Shown: positions 1 to 14,400 of the stretch, in pieces
Position numbering within the stretch: position 1 is the first letter of the stretch
Layout: each line of letters begins with the position of its first letter
Assembly: GCF_001194135.2 (NCBI RefSeq)
Contig: NC_068987.1
Location: 457,651-521,650, forward strand
Reading direction: 5' to 3'
DNA length: 64,000 nucleotides
Origin: Octopus bimaculoides
Taxonomy: Eukaryota
Made by a program: the position numbers and the translations under genes
Notes under the pieces: generated by a model
Seen by the model: only the letters and a program-made list of their open reading frames with translations
Told to the model about the DNA's origin: nothing
The model's database searches: none

Positions 1-2284
1 AAAAAGTATGCAACAAGATCCCTTATGGGTCTTTCAAATGTCAGCCCTTTGCTACCAGCACAGAGGATTAAGGACTCTCCTAGCAAACACCTCCTTAACA
101 TAGCCAGGATCGGACTTCAAACACAGATCTTCTTTTACCAGAGCTTGAAACTACAATCAGCACTGATTCCACAATACAATTCTAACCCCATATCTGCTAC
201 AGTGCTGCTACTTTTTACATCTCAGATCATCATCAATCATCAATCATCATCAATCATCATTGTCATCATTGTTGTTGTTGTTATGATCCTCATCAGTCTG
301 TTAATGTCTTCTTTGCTGTGGTTGTGAAAGGCCAGGTAGGATTTCATTGAGGCAGATTTTCAATGGTCTGAAGCCCTTCCTGTTGCTAACCCTCACGTTT
401 GCAAGCAAACTAATATTTTCCTCATGGCTGGACCTGTTCCTGAGAATACAAACAATAAACAGCACCACTTGTAATAACGGTGGCACTCGACTGGACAATA
501 TGAAGTCACTCACTGACACTCCAGCCTCTGACCAGCGCACCTGTTGTGTCCACTCTCAGTCTGCACTACTACTGCTACTACAGTGGTCACTTCTCAAATG
601 GAACTTATGTCCCCCTCCTCTCACTCCCCATCCCTCTGGCCTAGCCAGTCCTTTCTCCTCACCAATATCTTCCTGGAATTCCCACCTGGCAAAAGATTTT
701 CTAGCAGTTGTCAATCGGCAACAGTTTCAGGCGATGGACTGCACTGGCGTTGGAAGATCTGTGAAGGTCTTGACCACTGTATATCAGGATGGTCATGGCT
801 GGATTGTCTTTGATCCTAGATTTGATCTACAGCTAAACAACTACAGGGAAAGACATGGTAGATGATGGAATCCTACATACATTCTGTCTGAATAAAAAAA
901 TAGGCAGGGAGAGTCATGGCTGGAGCAGCTTTGATCATAGGTCTGCTGGACCAGGAATGACCTTGGGCTAAACAACAGCAAAAGACAGGATGGTGTACAG
1001 TGTCACCATCCAGTTTTGCTAGTAACATTAGATTACAGCCAAATTCCATTCTAAATAACATCGTCCCCATCACCACCCCCATGAGATGGATGGAGGAGGA
1101 GGAGGGTGAAACCTTCTGTTATCACCCCCACTCCGCCATCATTGCCATTTCCACCACCACCACCACCACCACAAGAACATTGAATTCCATTGCTACCACC
1201 ACACCACTACTACTGAATACAGCATCGCCACTACCACCACCACCATCACCATTTCTAAAACTTTAGGGTCCCTAACTGATCCTGTGACATTTCTCCCCCT
1301 CCCATCTTATGTCCACTTCAATCCCCACACCACCACCACCATCATCCCCATTAGCTTTCCCCCTCAACCTGGTACTGCTACACCTCCATCCTGCTAACAT
1401 AACTGTTACCCCATCAGCAGCACCATCACAGNNNNNNNNNNNNNNNNNNNNNNNNNNNNNNNNNNNNNNNNNNNNNNNNNNNNNNNNNNNNNNNNNNNNN
1501 NNNNNNNNNNCCCCTCACCCCCCTCACCACCACCTCTATACTGTTGGAAGCTGTCATTGCCGGCTTCAGTAACTGTCTCCAGAACATTCCACAGTGTCAG
1601 CTGGAACATTTTGGGATATTTTGACTTCAGATGGGAATAACAGGAATTCCAAGACTTTCCCCTATTTTGTTGTCGCAGTCCATGCTTTTGGGAATGCCAT
1701 GAATTCCATAGAACATCACATTTTATACTTCACACATACACACACATATATCATCGTCATCATCATCATCATCGTCATCATTTAATGCCTGTTGTCCGTC
1801 CATGTTGGTATGGTTTGGACAGTTTGACCAGAGGTGGGAAGCTGGGGAGCTATATCAAACCCCACTCCTCTGTTTTGGTAGGGTTTCTTTGGCCGGGTGC
1901 CCTTCCCTACCACCTTACAGGGTGTACAAAGGGCGCTTTTCACATGGCACTGGTATGGCCGCTTTTTACATGGCCTGGCACAGGTGTCGTTTACACAATG
2001 TCAGCATGGGTGCTTTTTATGTGGGGCCAATACATACTAATACACCTGAGCCATAAGAAATGACACAACAGACAAGATGAGGACAAATATCCATCAAATG
2101 TAAATAATGTAAATAATTCCTCATCTCTTAAATATAGAACTGTAGAAGCACTTCTTTATCCAGCTGTCCTCATCCGTAAGCATCCCATGGCCAAACCACT
2201 GCAGTGCTACAACCAATTCCTCTGATGCCCATCAACATATTTGCACTTTGTCCTACATGCATATTGACTTTGCACACCCAGCCA

Positions 2285-2530
2285 CAACTACTTTACCTCA
2301 ACCGGTCCAGCTCTCTTTAATACCAAAATACATCAAAATGGAAACCAATCCCATAAAATTAAAAAGTTCTCTGGACAAATTTCTTCAAAAAACCCGGACC
2401 AACCTCCTACACCCGGATATGTCTCCTACAATACAAACTCTTTGCTAGAGTGGGTCATGGTGCCCCATATATGGCTAAAAGTGCTACAAAGTTAGACAAC
2501 GCCTAGGCCTACACTGGTAGAAACCTATCA
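2285..2530 (+). mobile_element. CR1/L2-type LINE 3' end
   Basis: YFTSTGPALFN...SLDKFLQ...PDQPPTPGYVSYNTNSLLEW across frameshifts. Confidence 0.7.
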
Positions 2531-2546
2531 AAGTTATGTATATATG

Positions 2547-2585
<39 letters not shown>

Positions 2586-3432
2586 TGCGTATAACTGAGT
2601 TATTCTGAGAGTGGGAAGGTTTTGTAGTTTATTTCTTGATGGATTTGTCAGTCTTTCCTGACACATCTGAAACCTTCTCAATGAGTCAGTCCTGTTTGTT
2701 CCCTTCATGTTTACTCGTTATATATCGATGGTGATGATGCTAAGTCGGTCTGTTTGTGTGTGTGTAAATATTGTGTATATAGATGTGTGTGTGTGTGTGT
2801 GTGTGTGCACGCATTGGAGTGATGAAGATTTTCCTTTTTTTTCATTATGGGAATTGTTGTCAATAGTTTTTCCTGTTGGGTTGTTATGGTGTTTGTGAGA
2901 AAGATACATCCACTAAATACTTGTGTATCTGAAACACACACTGTTTAGGTTTAAGATTTTGTGTATTTCTTGAGCTTGTCTGACCTAGTTGTCCCTCCAC
3001 CACCACCACCACCACTACAGCCACTACACGCCATTACTTAATCATTAACCACCACACTACTACTACAACCAATGCACCATCAACCACTGCTACAACTACG
3101 ACATACATCAACCAAACTACCACAAATACATGTCAACTATCCATTCTTCTTCTTCTTCTTCTTCTTCCACCACTACTACTACTACTACTACTACTATAGA
3201 TACATCATCAACCAAACACTGTGACTAGTTTCAAATTTCGTTTTTGCCAACTGAGATTTCATCCACAGATTGCTCCGAGTGTGTGTATGTGTGTGTTGTG
3301 TGTGTGTTACACTGATGTGCTGCCTGCCTGTTTGCCTGCACTTGCATACGGTAGTCTCTTCATTCATACTCTGACACATGAGGTACTCCAGCCTGGCCTT
3401 GAACATGATGGCTGCAAGAAACTTAGACTGAA

Positions 3433-3463
<31 letters not shown>

Positions 3464-4499
3464 ATGCACAGACCAGTCAAACACACACACGCATCACATG
3501 CATACATTGACATGCACATCAAGATGCTGACATCCAGGCACATACACACATTCAGTGACGGGGGAGGGGGGAGGGGCAGAGGAAACGAGGGAGAGGGACA
3601 AGAAACCCTAAAAAACAACTGGCTATCATTTGTAAAACATTTGTAAAATGCCTTCATCTCTCCCCTATTCTCCTCCCCTTCATAGCCCCAACACATGTCA
3701 CAGCTCCATTATTTCAGTAAGGCCTTGGCCCCCTTTTTTTTTATAAGGCAGACCCTAGAGAAACAGAGGGGGGGGGGGAAAGTGGAATTTAAGGTGGTGG
3801 TGGTAGTTGTTTCACACACACATGCGATGAGGGTCTTTCTCTCACTCAGTGGAGTGGAGGTTGGTTGTGGTGGGGAAACTAGAGAAAGAAACTGCTACAC
3901 TACACCCTACATCACATAACTGACACTGCCATACTACATCCCACACACAACCCATGCCTGTGAATGTGAACCCATAGGTTTTAAGTTCAAATAACGCATG
4001 AGGCTCATATTTAATGCATTTAAGGAAGAGACTGTTTGCTCAGCTCAGATCTTTTTGTCAGAAATATTTTTCAGTTGTTTTCGTAATGATACCTGTAATA
4101 TACTGGGGTTCTATTCAAGGAAAAATCTATCATCTCATCAACACCATGACAAAATTGATGGTCATTGTTGGAATGTCTTTGGTAATAAATCCTCTCAATC
4201 AAAGATGATTTGGATTTAATCAACAAAGAGCTTTTGAAGAAAACGCATGTGGTCTCTGCACCTGCTGGAAATGGCAACTAAATCTCCTTTCAATTATACA
4301 CTGTAAGCTTTTTTCTCTCTTCATATTTACGCCCATGGCCTCCCATTCTGTGACTGGATACTTGCATAACCTCATCTACCGATAACATCTTCCCATACTT
4401 CTCTAGACATTCCTGTACGACTACTTTTAACCCTATCTCCAAGAGACCTGGCTCCAGCGCCACAACCAACACAAACACATAAATATGAACAACAGACTA

Positions 4500-4722
4500 C
4501 ACGTCTGTTGTCTCTTTCTTCTCTTCACGAATGTCGTAGAACATCAGATACGACCAAACACGTCACTGAACCATTTAAACCTATCAGGCACAAACATAGA
4601 AGAGAGAAATACACGTCTTGTGCCATACGCATAGTTTACAGCAAAGAAAGTCAAATGATAAATGAACGTAGAGTAATCAGAGACACAACAACAACAACAA
4701 CAACAGCAATAATGCTGCAGAA
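4500..4722 (+). promoter_or_regulatory. Putative promoter and non-coding first exon of the tetraspanin (start approximate)
   Basis: Unique, relatively CpG-rich stretch ending in donor AA|GTATGT at 4723. An acceptor at 7128 needs an upstream exon. Confidence 0.45.
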
Positions 4723-7170
4723 GTATGTGATCTGGTTTCTGCTTCAGTTTGGTGTCAGATTGTTTTCCATCTCGATTAGAAAGTTATCACGAAAACAAGA
4801 ACAGGATCCTTCAAATTGAGTGATGACACCATGGAAAAAATTAACCAGTAATGGGTTAACAGCTCTACATTAAGTTCATTGATGTCATTAAAAATACTAA
4901 CGAGTCAAAATTTGTTGATTGCAAATTTGTCAGGCTTTGATTCAGCTAAAGTCAGCTTGTAAAAAGAAAAGATGCTGGACAGAAAAGATCATTGGTTGGA
5001 CGGTCACTCACTGTCACAACCGTGGACTGTGATGAACAGACAGGAGAAATGAATGCAGTCCTGCTTTGCACCATTATTAACTTATCAGAAAAAGATAACC
5101 GGGGTGGGGTTTTTGGTTAGTGTTGAGGTTGGTGAATGACTGGTTTTAATTTGATATTGACCTTTGTTCAGTGTTATGAGAGGGGACGAAGAGTGTAGGG
5201 GTGTGTATGGGTAATATATCATGGTCATATATCCTGCTAAAAATAATAGCCAAATTTTCCTCAAAACACACTATTTTGAAAGCTATTACAGAATGACCAA
5301 ATCTGAAAACAACTTTGATCAATTGGTCTGCTCAGTCAGAACTGACCTGGGGTTAAACGACAACCACCACCATCACCATTGTAGCTATGTAGATATACTT
5401 AAATATTTAACCAATCCTCTTTAAAGAACTGGTAAACAAGCACAGACTAAATGGCATTAACATTGTGTCAAGTTAGTTGAGAGTTCCTCTTTTACGTAAT
5501 TCCTTCTTGAATTGGCACCAACCCTTTCGGTTGGTGTCAAAAACTGGCAGTGAAGAGGTCAGATAACAATTTCTCCTAAAATGGTAAATGGTTCTTTAAG
5601 TTTAGAAAAGAACTTCCTCTGGTACTTGGAAATAAGAGGAACAACTTCTTATTGTCTACTTATTTATTAGAGGGGATTGGTAGAATCATTTCAGCATGAG
5701 ACATTATGATGTTTTAGGTACTGAGTTCAATTCCTGCCTAGGCCAACTTTCCTTTTCATCCATCTGGGGCTGACAAAGTACCAGTTAAATACTGGGGTTG
5801 TTGTCATTGATTATACTCTTCTCGTTGACATTGCTTGCTTTTTGTCAAAACCAGAAATCTTGATTTGATGTGTTGTTGTTGTTTGAGCCCAGATTAGTCC
5901 TTCAACACATAGCATACCTCATATGTATATATATGTAGGTATATAAATATGAGGTGTGTGTGTGTGGGGGGGGGGGCATCCAGCCATAGGAACCATGAAA
6001 AATCAGATTGGAACCTGGTGCAGCTCCCCAGCTTACCAGTTTGCAGTCAAACTGTCCAACCCATGCCAGCATGGAAAGCAGATGTTAAATGATGATGAAG
6101 ATATATATATATATACACACATATATAAAATCTACATGGTATCTTTTACTATAACTCTGGGCTAACCAATGCTTTGTGAGTGGATTTGGTTGACAAACTG
6201 AAAGAGGTCCATTGTGTGTGTGTGTGTATTTCTCTCTATATGTGTATATGTGTGTATATATTTATCTCTTTATATGTCTGTGTGTGTGTAGAGGCTTGTC
6301 TTGACACTGTGATGGTTGTAAACAATCATCATCATGACACAAGTTGTCTGTTTCTAGTCTTGTGTGAAAGACATGTCTGGCCAAGGGGAAATATCCCCTT
6401 ACTTGGAAATAGGTGAGGATTGGCAACAAGAAGGACCTCCAGTTGTAGAAAATCTGCCTCAACAAATTCCGTTTGACCCATGCAAGCATGGAAAAGTGAA
6501 TGTGGTGATGTTGATGACGATGAAATGGCCAAAGAATTTAACATTTTGGTTTTTATTGGTTGAAATATTGACTTCCTGAGTAAATATAATCTATGATAAA
6601 TATTGAATTAAACCTTAATTATCTCCTGATTCTCAATTAAAATACAATTTAAAAAAGTGTGCATGACCTCTGCCTCTAAATTTGTTGTCTTACAACTCGC
6701 AGAAAAATGGATATTTTTTAGATGAAATTTTCTGCAAATAAACTTCAGATGGTCTCGATTCTGATTATATCAGAATTGGTCGTGAAAAACTTTTCCAAAG
6801 GTGTGGAGAAGAGTTTTGGAAAATTCACACAAGTCAGTTTTTGTTTCCATATAACTTTCAGAAAAATGGATATTTTTCCCTCTAAATATTTTTTTCAGAC
6901 AGTGAAGATTATGATTAGAGTGGAATTTAATATCCATACTGATACACATCACAGACATCTGATGTTGTTCATAATCTGCTATTCCTTCTCTAAGACAATT
7001 CTCTATTCTATGGTGAAACCCTGAAATATGTTCTTAAAATACCTTTTTTTTCTTGTTGATTTACATAATGCAAGTAAAAAATCCCATTTTTTTCTTAATA
7101 CTTTCATCTTGTTGTTCTGTATTTTTAGCTTGAAAGTCTGCCCAAGAAATTCTTCAGTGAACAATCCAAG

Positions 7171-7251
7171 ATGAGACAGCAGAAACGAGTACCTTGTTGC
7201 AGTAATTTGGTCTTGAAATACATGTTTCTTGTATTTAATTTTTTCTTTTGG
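7171..7251 (+). CDS. CD151: Tetraspanin coding exon 1 (N-terminus and TM1)
   Basis: ATG at 7171; [27 protein letters not shown]; donor GTGAGT at 7252; acceptor ttttag ending at 7128. Confidence 0.92.
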
Positions 7252-10200
7252 GTGAGTAGATAAAAATTGTAATGTAATGTGTTTTATATATATGTGTGTG
7301 TGTGTGTGTGTGTATATATATACATACATATATATATATATATATATTTATTCTTTTACTTGTTTCAGTCATTTGACTGATTTCTGATGTCTAATGATTG
7401 ATGGTACTGCAGACATAGCATCACTCATGTCAGCATATATTAAGGAAGATGATGAGGAGGAGAAGGAGGAGGAGGAGAAGGAGAAAGAGGGTATGGCTGA
7501 GGCATGAGTAACCTTTTTCAAAAAGTGGACCCCATGAGACATGGCTCTCCATCTGGTGGACTGCACTACTAAAATATTCGAGGTGATTTATTATTTAGGT
7601 GTGCCATTTAGAAAGTTCTGTGGGCTCGTAATAGCTTGTTGTGGTCATGATAATGATGGTGATGATGACAATAGTGATCATCATCATCATCATCAACATG
7701 CAGGTATGGTTTGATAATGATGATGATGTAACTTGATTGCATAGTGTATAATGATGATGATGATGATGTTGTTGTCTCCAATTGCAGATATCTGGCATTG
7801 TGTTGTTGGTAATAGGAATCTGGTTGGTGCGAGAGAAGCACCATTATATCGAACTGCTGGACAATAACTCCTTCCCTGTGGCCACCTACCTCCTGATAGC
7901 TGCTGGGGCCAGCATATTGGTCATTGGTCTCCTTGGATGTATCGGCGCCATTAACAATGCCAGCTTACTTCTATTGATTGTGAGTAGCCCCTGCTCTAAT
8001 CTCTCTCTTTCCTTCACACACACACACTTTCTCTCTCCCTCTCTCTAGTGTAGTTGTTCAAAGCTGATGATTCTCTTGGTCACTGCTGAAATATTTTCAA
8101 TATGGACAACCCTTCAGGTGAGGAGGTCAATAATAATAATAATAATAATAATCATATGATCTCAGTAAATAATTAGTTTTCATTCCACAAATAAATTGTG
8201 TAATACGCATTGGGTTAGTTTGTCTTCTGTTGTGCGTTGAGTTGTGTATTGCCCTCTTGTGCCCTGAGATATCTGTTGCCCTCTTTGGGAGGCAAAACAT
8301 ATGTAGGCTCAGGCATGGTTGTGTGGATAAGAAATTTGCTTCCCAACCATGTGGTCCCAGGTTCAGTCCTACTGCATGGCACCTTGGGCAAGTGTCTTCT
8401 ACTATAGCCCTGGATTGATCAGAAACTTGTGAGTGGATTTGGTTGGTGAAAACTGAAAGAAGCCCATTTTATATATTGTTGTGTCTTGGGAGGGACATAA
8501 AAGTAATAATAATGAAGACACATGCACTGGTTCAGTATCACTTCTTTATTGTTAAATATCTAACCAACTAATTAATCAATCATTTGTTTAAGCAATCAAT
8601 TGATTGTTTGTCAAACAAACAGGTGCCACTGGTCTTGCCGGGAACTGGAAACAACAGCCTATGAATAAGGCCAGACATGTTTTTGCAGTCAATTGCCAGC
8701 ACATTAGAACCATTGGCTTGAACAGGAAGGTTGTTGTTGTCTGTAATGAGCAAACATTTGAAGATTAGGAGAAACACACACACACACACATACATATATA
8801 TATATACTCACACACACACACATACATATATACACACACACAGCCACCACCACCACCTTAACAGTTACCACTGTATTTCTTATTTTCAGTACTCGATGTT
8901 CCTTTTGGTTATTTTCCTCCTGGAGGTCATAGCTGGAACGGTGGCCTGTATGTATGGTGACTCGGTAAAGTATAACATGTTCTTTCTTCTTTTTTACCCT
9001 CGTGCTACATACACAGTGTGTGTGTGTGTTGCTTTTAAGTTTCTTAGAGAACTATTAACAACAGCAGTGAGGCATTTTGTTAAACCCCTCCACATTTGCA
9101 ATTATTTTCAAACTTTGAAACTGATGAGCTGAGAATTTGCATTAGTCAAAGGGTAAGAAAGGGGTTTAGAGAGGTGGTGGTGGGGGGCACATAAAATCTC
9201 TTCAACTAATGAAATCTACTTTGAAACAAAGTCTATCTCTGGATGTGAACTGTTATGACAGTATTAAAGGAGTTTTAGGAATAGAAATAATGATGATAAT
9301 TATATTTTACAAGGATTGACGTAACTCTTCACAAATTTCGGAATGGCTGGATAGCTTTCTACTTTAGACTGTAATTTCTATAACTTTGAATTTTTATCAC
9401 TTTTCATTTTGAACTTGACAAAGACAGGCTTGCTTTCGAAATATCGTTCAACCAATAAATTATCTATTGCAATCGCAAAAGAAATTTCGGATGTGGAAGC
9501 AAGGTTTAGAATGAAAAGGCCTTAGAATCAATGTAGCGAAGACCAAAGTTCTAGTAAGTAGGAAGGTAAACTCATCACACACCCCCTCAGGCATCTAACA
9601 AAGATGATGATGATGATGATGATGGACAACATGTGGTGTGGAGAAGAATCATCTACATGTGACAGCATGATGAAAAGAATGCTGAAATGAGGACTAGATA
9701 TGGAGATAGGGCTGTATAAGATACCTCCCTGGTTTCTCACTCATCAGGCCTTGTTTAGATCCCCATCTGCACCCCCATGTCTCTATCAACCATCTTCCCC
9801 CATTCACTGTACCATAACATCCATGGAATATTCAGGTTGTTTCATGACTACGGATCCACTGAATATTTCTGGGTAATCTCCTTTATTTTTCTCTGTATAA
9901 AGAGAATAGCAAAATGTATTTACATCTGCATAAAGTTCCACAGTGGAAAGTTAAAAACTTTACTTTAACCATTTAAAATTATTTTAGGTTTTCTAAGATT
10001 TGCTGTGTTATGCATAAATGCTTATCAATTTACACACACATTTCTGTGTGTACATGTATCTATCATCATCATCATCATTTAACATGCATATATATATACA
10101 TACACACAACCATGTGTGTGCATATAAACACACACATCTACTTGTATCTCCTTGTAACCACAGAAGTCTGGAAACACCCAAGAGATTTTCCTTCTTCCAT

Positions 10201-10312
10201 AGCAAAGCCACACCTTCTTTAATAGGGTTACATACATACATGGATTATTACTTACATACATAAACATACATTATTACTGACATAGACACACACATACATA
10301 TATCTACACATG

Positions 10313-10375
<63 letters not shown>

Positions 10376-11462
10376 ATATATATATATATATATCTACACA
10401 TATATATGTATACAAGTCTGCATGCATATGCAGACTTGTAGGTTGTATGTTTCTAGGTTAATTATTTACGTATGTGGAAGTTTGAACGTGTATTTGTGTG
10501 TGTGAAGTTAGTTTCAGTTGACAATAAAGTTATCATGCCAGAATGTTATGCAAATTTCTTTACATTACTTGTTTCCATGGTAACATAGCTGTAGTCACAC
10601 AGTCTTCTCCCTCTACTTATACTGCTACTACAATGGCCTCTGTTTTCCAGAAATAGCTGGTATCATGCCCCACCGCCTTTATATCTCTCTTCCCTCTTGT
10701 ATCCTCTGGTCAAATCCTTCTTCCCCAGAATGTCATTCCTCCTGGAATTCTCACATCTATATGGTTCTTTTACAACAACCAACTTACAGTTGTTCAAGAG
10801 AAATGTTAGCCCTGTTGGTCTTGCTGATGTTGCAGGGCTGTGAAGGTTACGGGCTTAAACCTTCTTTCACATTATACATCATTATTAAAATTGGTCAGCT
10901 GACAGTTTCCATAGCAACTCAGCTCACTTCTTGTGACACACTCATTTTTAGTCATTAGCCCACTGTAATAGCCCTGTTCTTCATTCCCATCTTAGACATT
11001 TGCATTTAGACAGAAAAGGCTACCTTGTTTAGCAACTAAATGTTGCTAAACTTGCCACTTTTCATTATAGGGAGTTGTGGCTGGCCCTTGTTAAACACAT
11101 CATTGTCCTAGAGAGATATGGCTACCCAGTTGTAGAGAAGGATATTTCTACCTTATCCTAGGGAAGAGTCACTTCTCTGTCAGTGATGGTCACTGCTCAA
11201 CAAACCTCACAGTGGTTTTAGATTGCAAACATTCAGTTATTGTGAGTTTGTGCATTGCAACGAGGATGTCAGTAGTAAATATTCTCTGCTTTGTTGTGTG
11301 TGTGATCATCATCATCATTTAACGTCCATTTTCCATGCTGGCATGGTTTGACAGGAGCTGACAAGGCTGGGATCTGCACCAGACTTTGTCTGTTTTGGTA
11401 TGGTTTCTATAGCTGGATGCCCTTCTTAAAAACCAACCACTTTCCGTTCATAGTAAATGTGG

Positions 11463-11495
<33 letters not shown>

Positions 11496-14400
11496 TATAA
11501 ATACCTGTTGTTTCCGGGGAGAGTCATTCTCTTTTCGTGCCTTATAATTTAACAGACTCATGGGTAAAAGTTCCACTTATTTCTTTGCGTCTTGCAACCT
11601 TTTCATTAGCTTTAAATTACAAGGCAGCAAAAGAGAACGACTCTCCCCAGACACAACAGAATATGCTCCAACACACGAACTCACATAAAGGATCTTGCAA
11701 ACCAAATCCCAAAACGAAATATATTGTATGCAGTCTATATATGTCTCTCTCTCTGTATGTATGTATACATACAATACAAATTCCCCCCNNNNNNNNNNNN
11801 NNNNNNNNNNNNNNNNCCCAATTAGTTGTAATTGTGTTTATTTTTCTTTGTGTGTTGTCCAGATGAATGCTGAGCTGAAGAAGAGTCTGAACCACACAAT
11901 GCTGGAGAGTTACAGATACAACAGAGAAAAGACTGAAGCCATTGACAAGATGCAGATTACAGTAAGTCTACTGATTTGTTGTTTGTGAACTGGAGTAGTA
12001 GGAGTAGGAGTAGGTTGGCTGAGTCGGTGGAGCATCGGGGAAATATCTTGCTGCATTTGTTCTGGATTGCTACAGTCTGAGTTCAAGTCTTGATAAGTTC
12101 TGTTTAATGTTTGATCCCTTTTTTGGGGTGATGAAATACCAGTTATATAGTGAGGGGTTAATGCCCACCACCCCATCAGCATTGCAGGCCTTATTCCTAA
12201 ATAAAAACTAGTGATTTTTGTTGTTGTTGTAGTATTCCTGCTGCAGTCAATGAATGTTTGTAGACTTCCTGGAAACAGCAGTCAAATTTTCAAATAATCG
12301 TAACCTATCAGATAACAACAAGACACGCTCTGAGTAATGTAGACTGAGATGGTCATGACAGGAATGTCTTTAATCGCAAGTCTGCTGCTTGTGTGGTTAA
12401 TAAGCAACATATTTCTAGCAATGAATAAATTCTGGGCCTCTGTTTTTCCTGTTTGTTTCAACTCTCACCTCTCCTCCGGTCAGACACAAACCACTGAAGA
12501 AGCTGGGATATGTGACATGATGTGTGTGGGGTGGGGGTGGTGGTAATTGACCAATCAAAGCATTGTGAAAAAACAGGTGGGGGTAGCAATGTAATTTCTT
12601 TCTGGTGGTTAGAGTAATAATTAGTAGTATTATATAGATATTAAATTAACCGTTATAATTAGATTTCCCTGATAGTAATTAATACAATATTAATTAGATG
12701 TAAAATCACCACCAGGTGGCACTAATTACTTCTTCCATATAAAGACAGGGGAGGTAACTCAAAATCGGTTCACTGAATACTCTATGGAAGTGAAGAATGG
12801 GACACAGAAATATTGTGGGAACTGTTTGACATATAATGATTGCAGTATCTAATTCAGTCGACAACTGTTTTCCCCTCTCTCATACATCTGCCCCTCCTCT
12901 CTAAAGCGGGTCTACTCCTCCTGTCACTCTTTTCTCCCCCCCAGTTTCACTGCTGTGGTGCTGGTTACTACAAGGACTGGCGGGCAAGCAGATGGCTGCG
13001 GTTAGACAAAAATACAGAGAATAAAACGCCTGATAGTTGCTGTAGAACCCCGAGTGATGGATGTGCCAAGAGGGATCATCCTTCAAACATCTACCACAAG
13101 GTAAGTTCACACACATTCACACATATGCGAAAATATACAAACACACACCTCAATATATAAATATATCATCCTCCCTCCTCTGGCCCCTCTGCTGGTGACA
13201 CGTAAAAAGCACCCACTACACTCACGGAGTGGTTGGCATTAGGAAGAGATGACAAACGACTGAGGTATCTAACAGTTGTTTCTTATGACAAATTAAATTT
13301 TCTGATCAATCATAACTAAATTCCTTGTCATTGAGCCACAGATTTCGAAAATCAAATTTGTTTTTCTTCAGGATATACCATTTCAGCGACAAATTTACAA
13401 ACATACACTCCCATTTAGATAGAGATCTTTCTGATGCCTGGTTGAGTAGGAGGGCAGAACGGTGACCAAGCAAGCTGTGGGCACAAACCTGGGTGAATCT
13501 GACCCCAGGAGCAGATCTTGGTGGTAGTAAAAGAAAAAATATATGATATATAAATCAATTTAAATAGCTTCTTTTTTGCCTGCTTTTAGTGTTGTTGTCT
13601 TTGTGGCCATGTGGGTAATTGCACATGCTGTATTACACATCCTGAGCAAGGTTCAATCCCTTCCAGGAGCACTATCCTTGGTGTTAATAGAAATTTGAAA
13701 TATTTTAAAATATAATATTTACTCCCCGCATTCCACTGCTCTTGTAATTCCTTGGGAGAGTTACAGATTGAAACCCCCTCCCAGTGCATTAAATCCCTAC
13801 TTCATATCTATCTGTCTATTTATTTATATATATATATATCAGTGTTGTCCTTTTCCCATCCAAATGACTTGATCTGGGGTTGCCTGTTGAAATTGAAACA
13901 ACATGGAACAGCCATATTCTGATCCATTAAGGGACAAACAAAATCTGTTGAATTCACTTTTATTTGATGAAAGAAACAATGAAAAGGTTACAGAAGTGGA
14001 ATGAAAATTGTCACACCTCAAGAAAAAAAAACAAAATGAATTTAATAGTTTTCGTGTCTACAATGATCTGCTTCACATGCGTATTTCCCAGTCTACATGA
14101 TGTATAATGCAAAGAATTTGTGTCTCAGATTCAAAGATAACATCTAGTTAGAATTCTTTGGTACTCTAGGCAGAAGGCCTGGAATTTTGGGGAAAGGATG
14201 AAAGGCAAAGTCAACCTCGGCAGAATTCAAAACCAGAACATAAACACAGTTGGAATACTGCTTAGCATGCTAATGCCCCTGTTGGCTCTCCGCCATCTTG
14301 ATAGAATTCTGCAGTCAGAAAGTGTTTGCAAACAATTGTAATGTGTATGCACACACATACATGTGTGTGTTTGCATGTTATATAATGTGTGAAATGCTGG

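Noticed and set aside
347-1082. 172-aa ORF 347..865 and neighbouring ORFs, with a recurring gtcatggctgga motif
   Set aside because: The sequence matches dispersed repeats seen elsewhere in the window (~5310, 12350, 18000, 51690), so it is repeat-derived rather than a gene.
1520-4480. Divergent - strand gene from open frames at 4290-4478, 4095-4277 and 1528-1720
   Set aside because: I found no consistent splice chain and no recognisable homology. The 1.6-kb piece has only a faint integrase-like HGIPK..DN trace.
7650-7703. In-frame hydrophobic pseudo-exon [19 protein letters not shown] with donor GTATGG before tetraspanin exon 2
   Set aside because: It is an (ATG/ATC)n microsatellite; the true TM1 exon with KY..FNFFFW is at 7171-7251.
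8080-9760. Other CTGANGA...GAAA matches (8084, 9741 on -, also 18275, 20450 on -, 45766)
   Set aside because: They have no viable stem II, or no stem I/III pairing.
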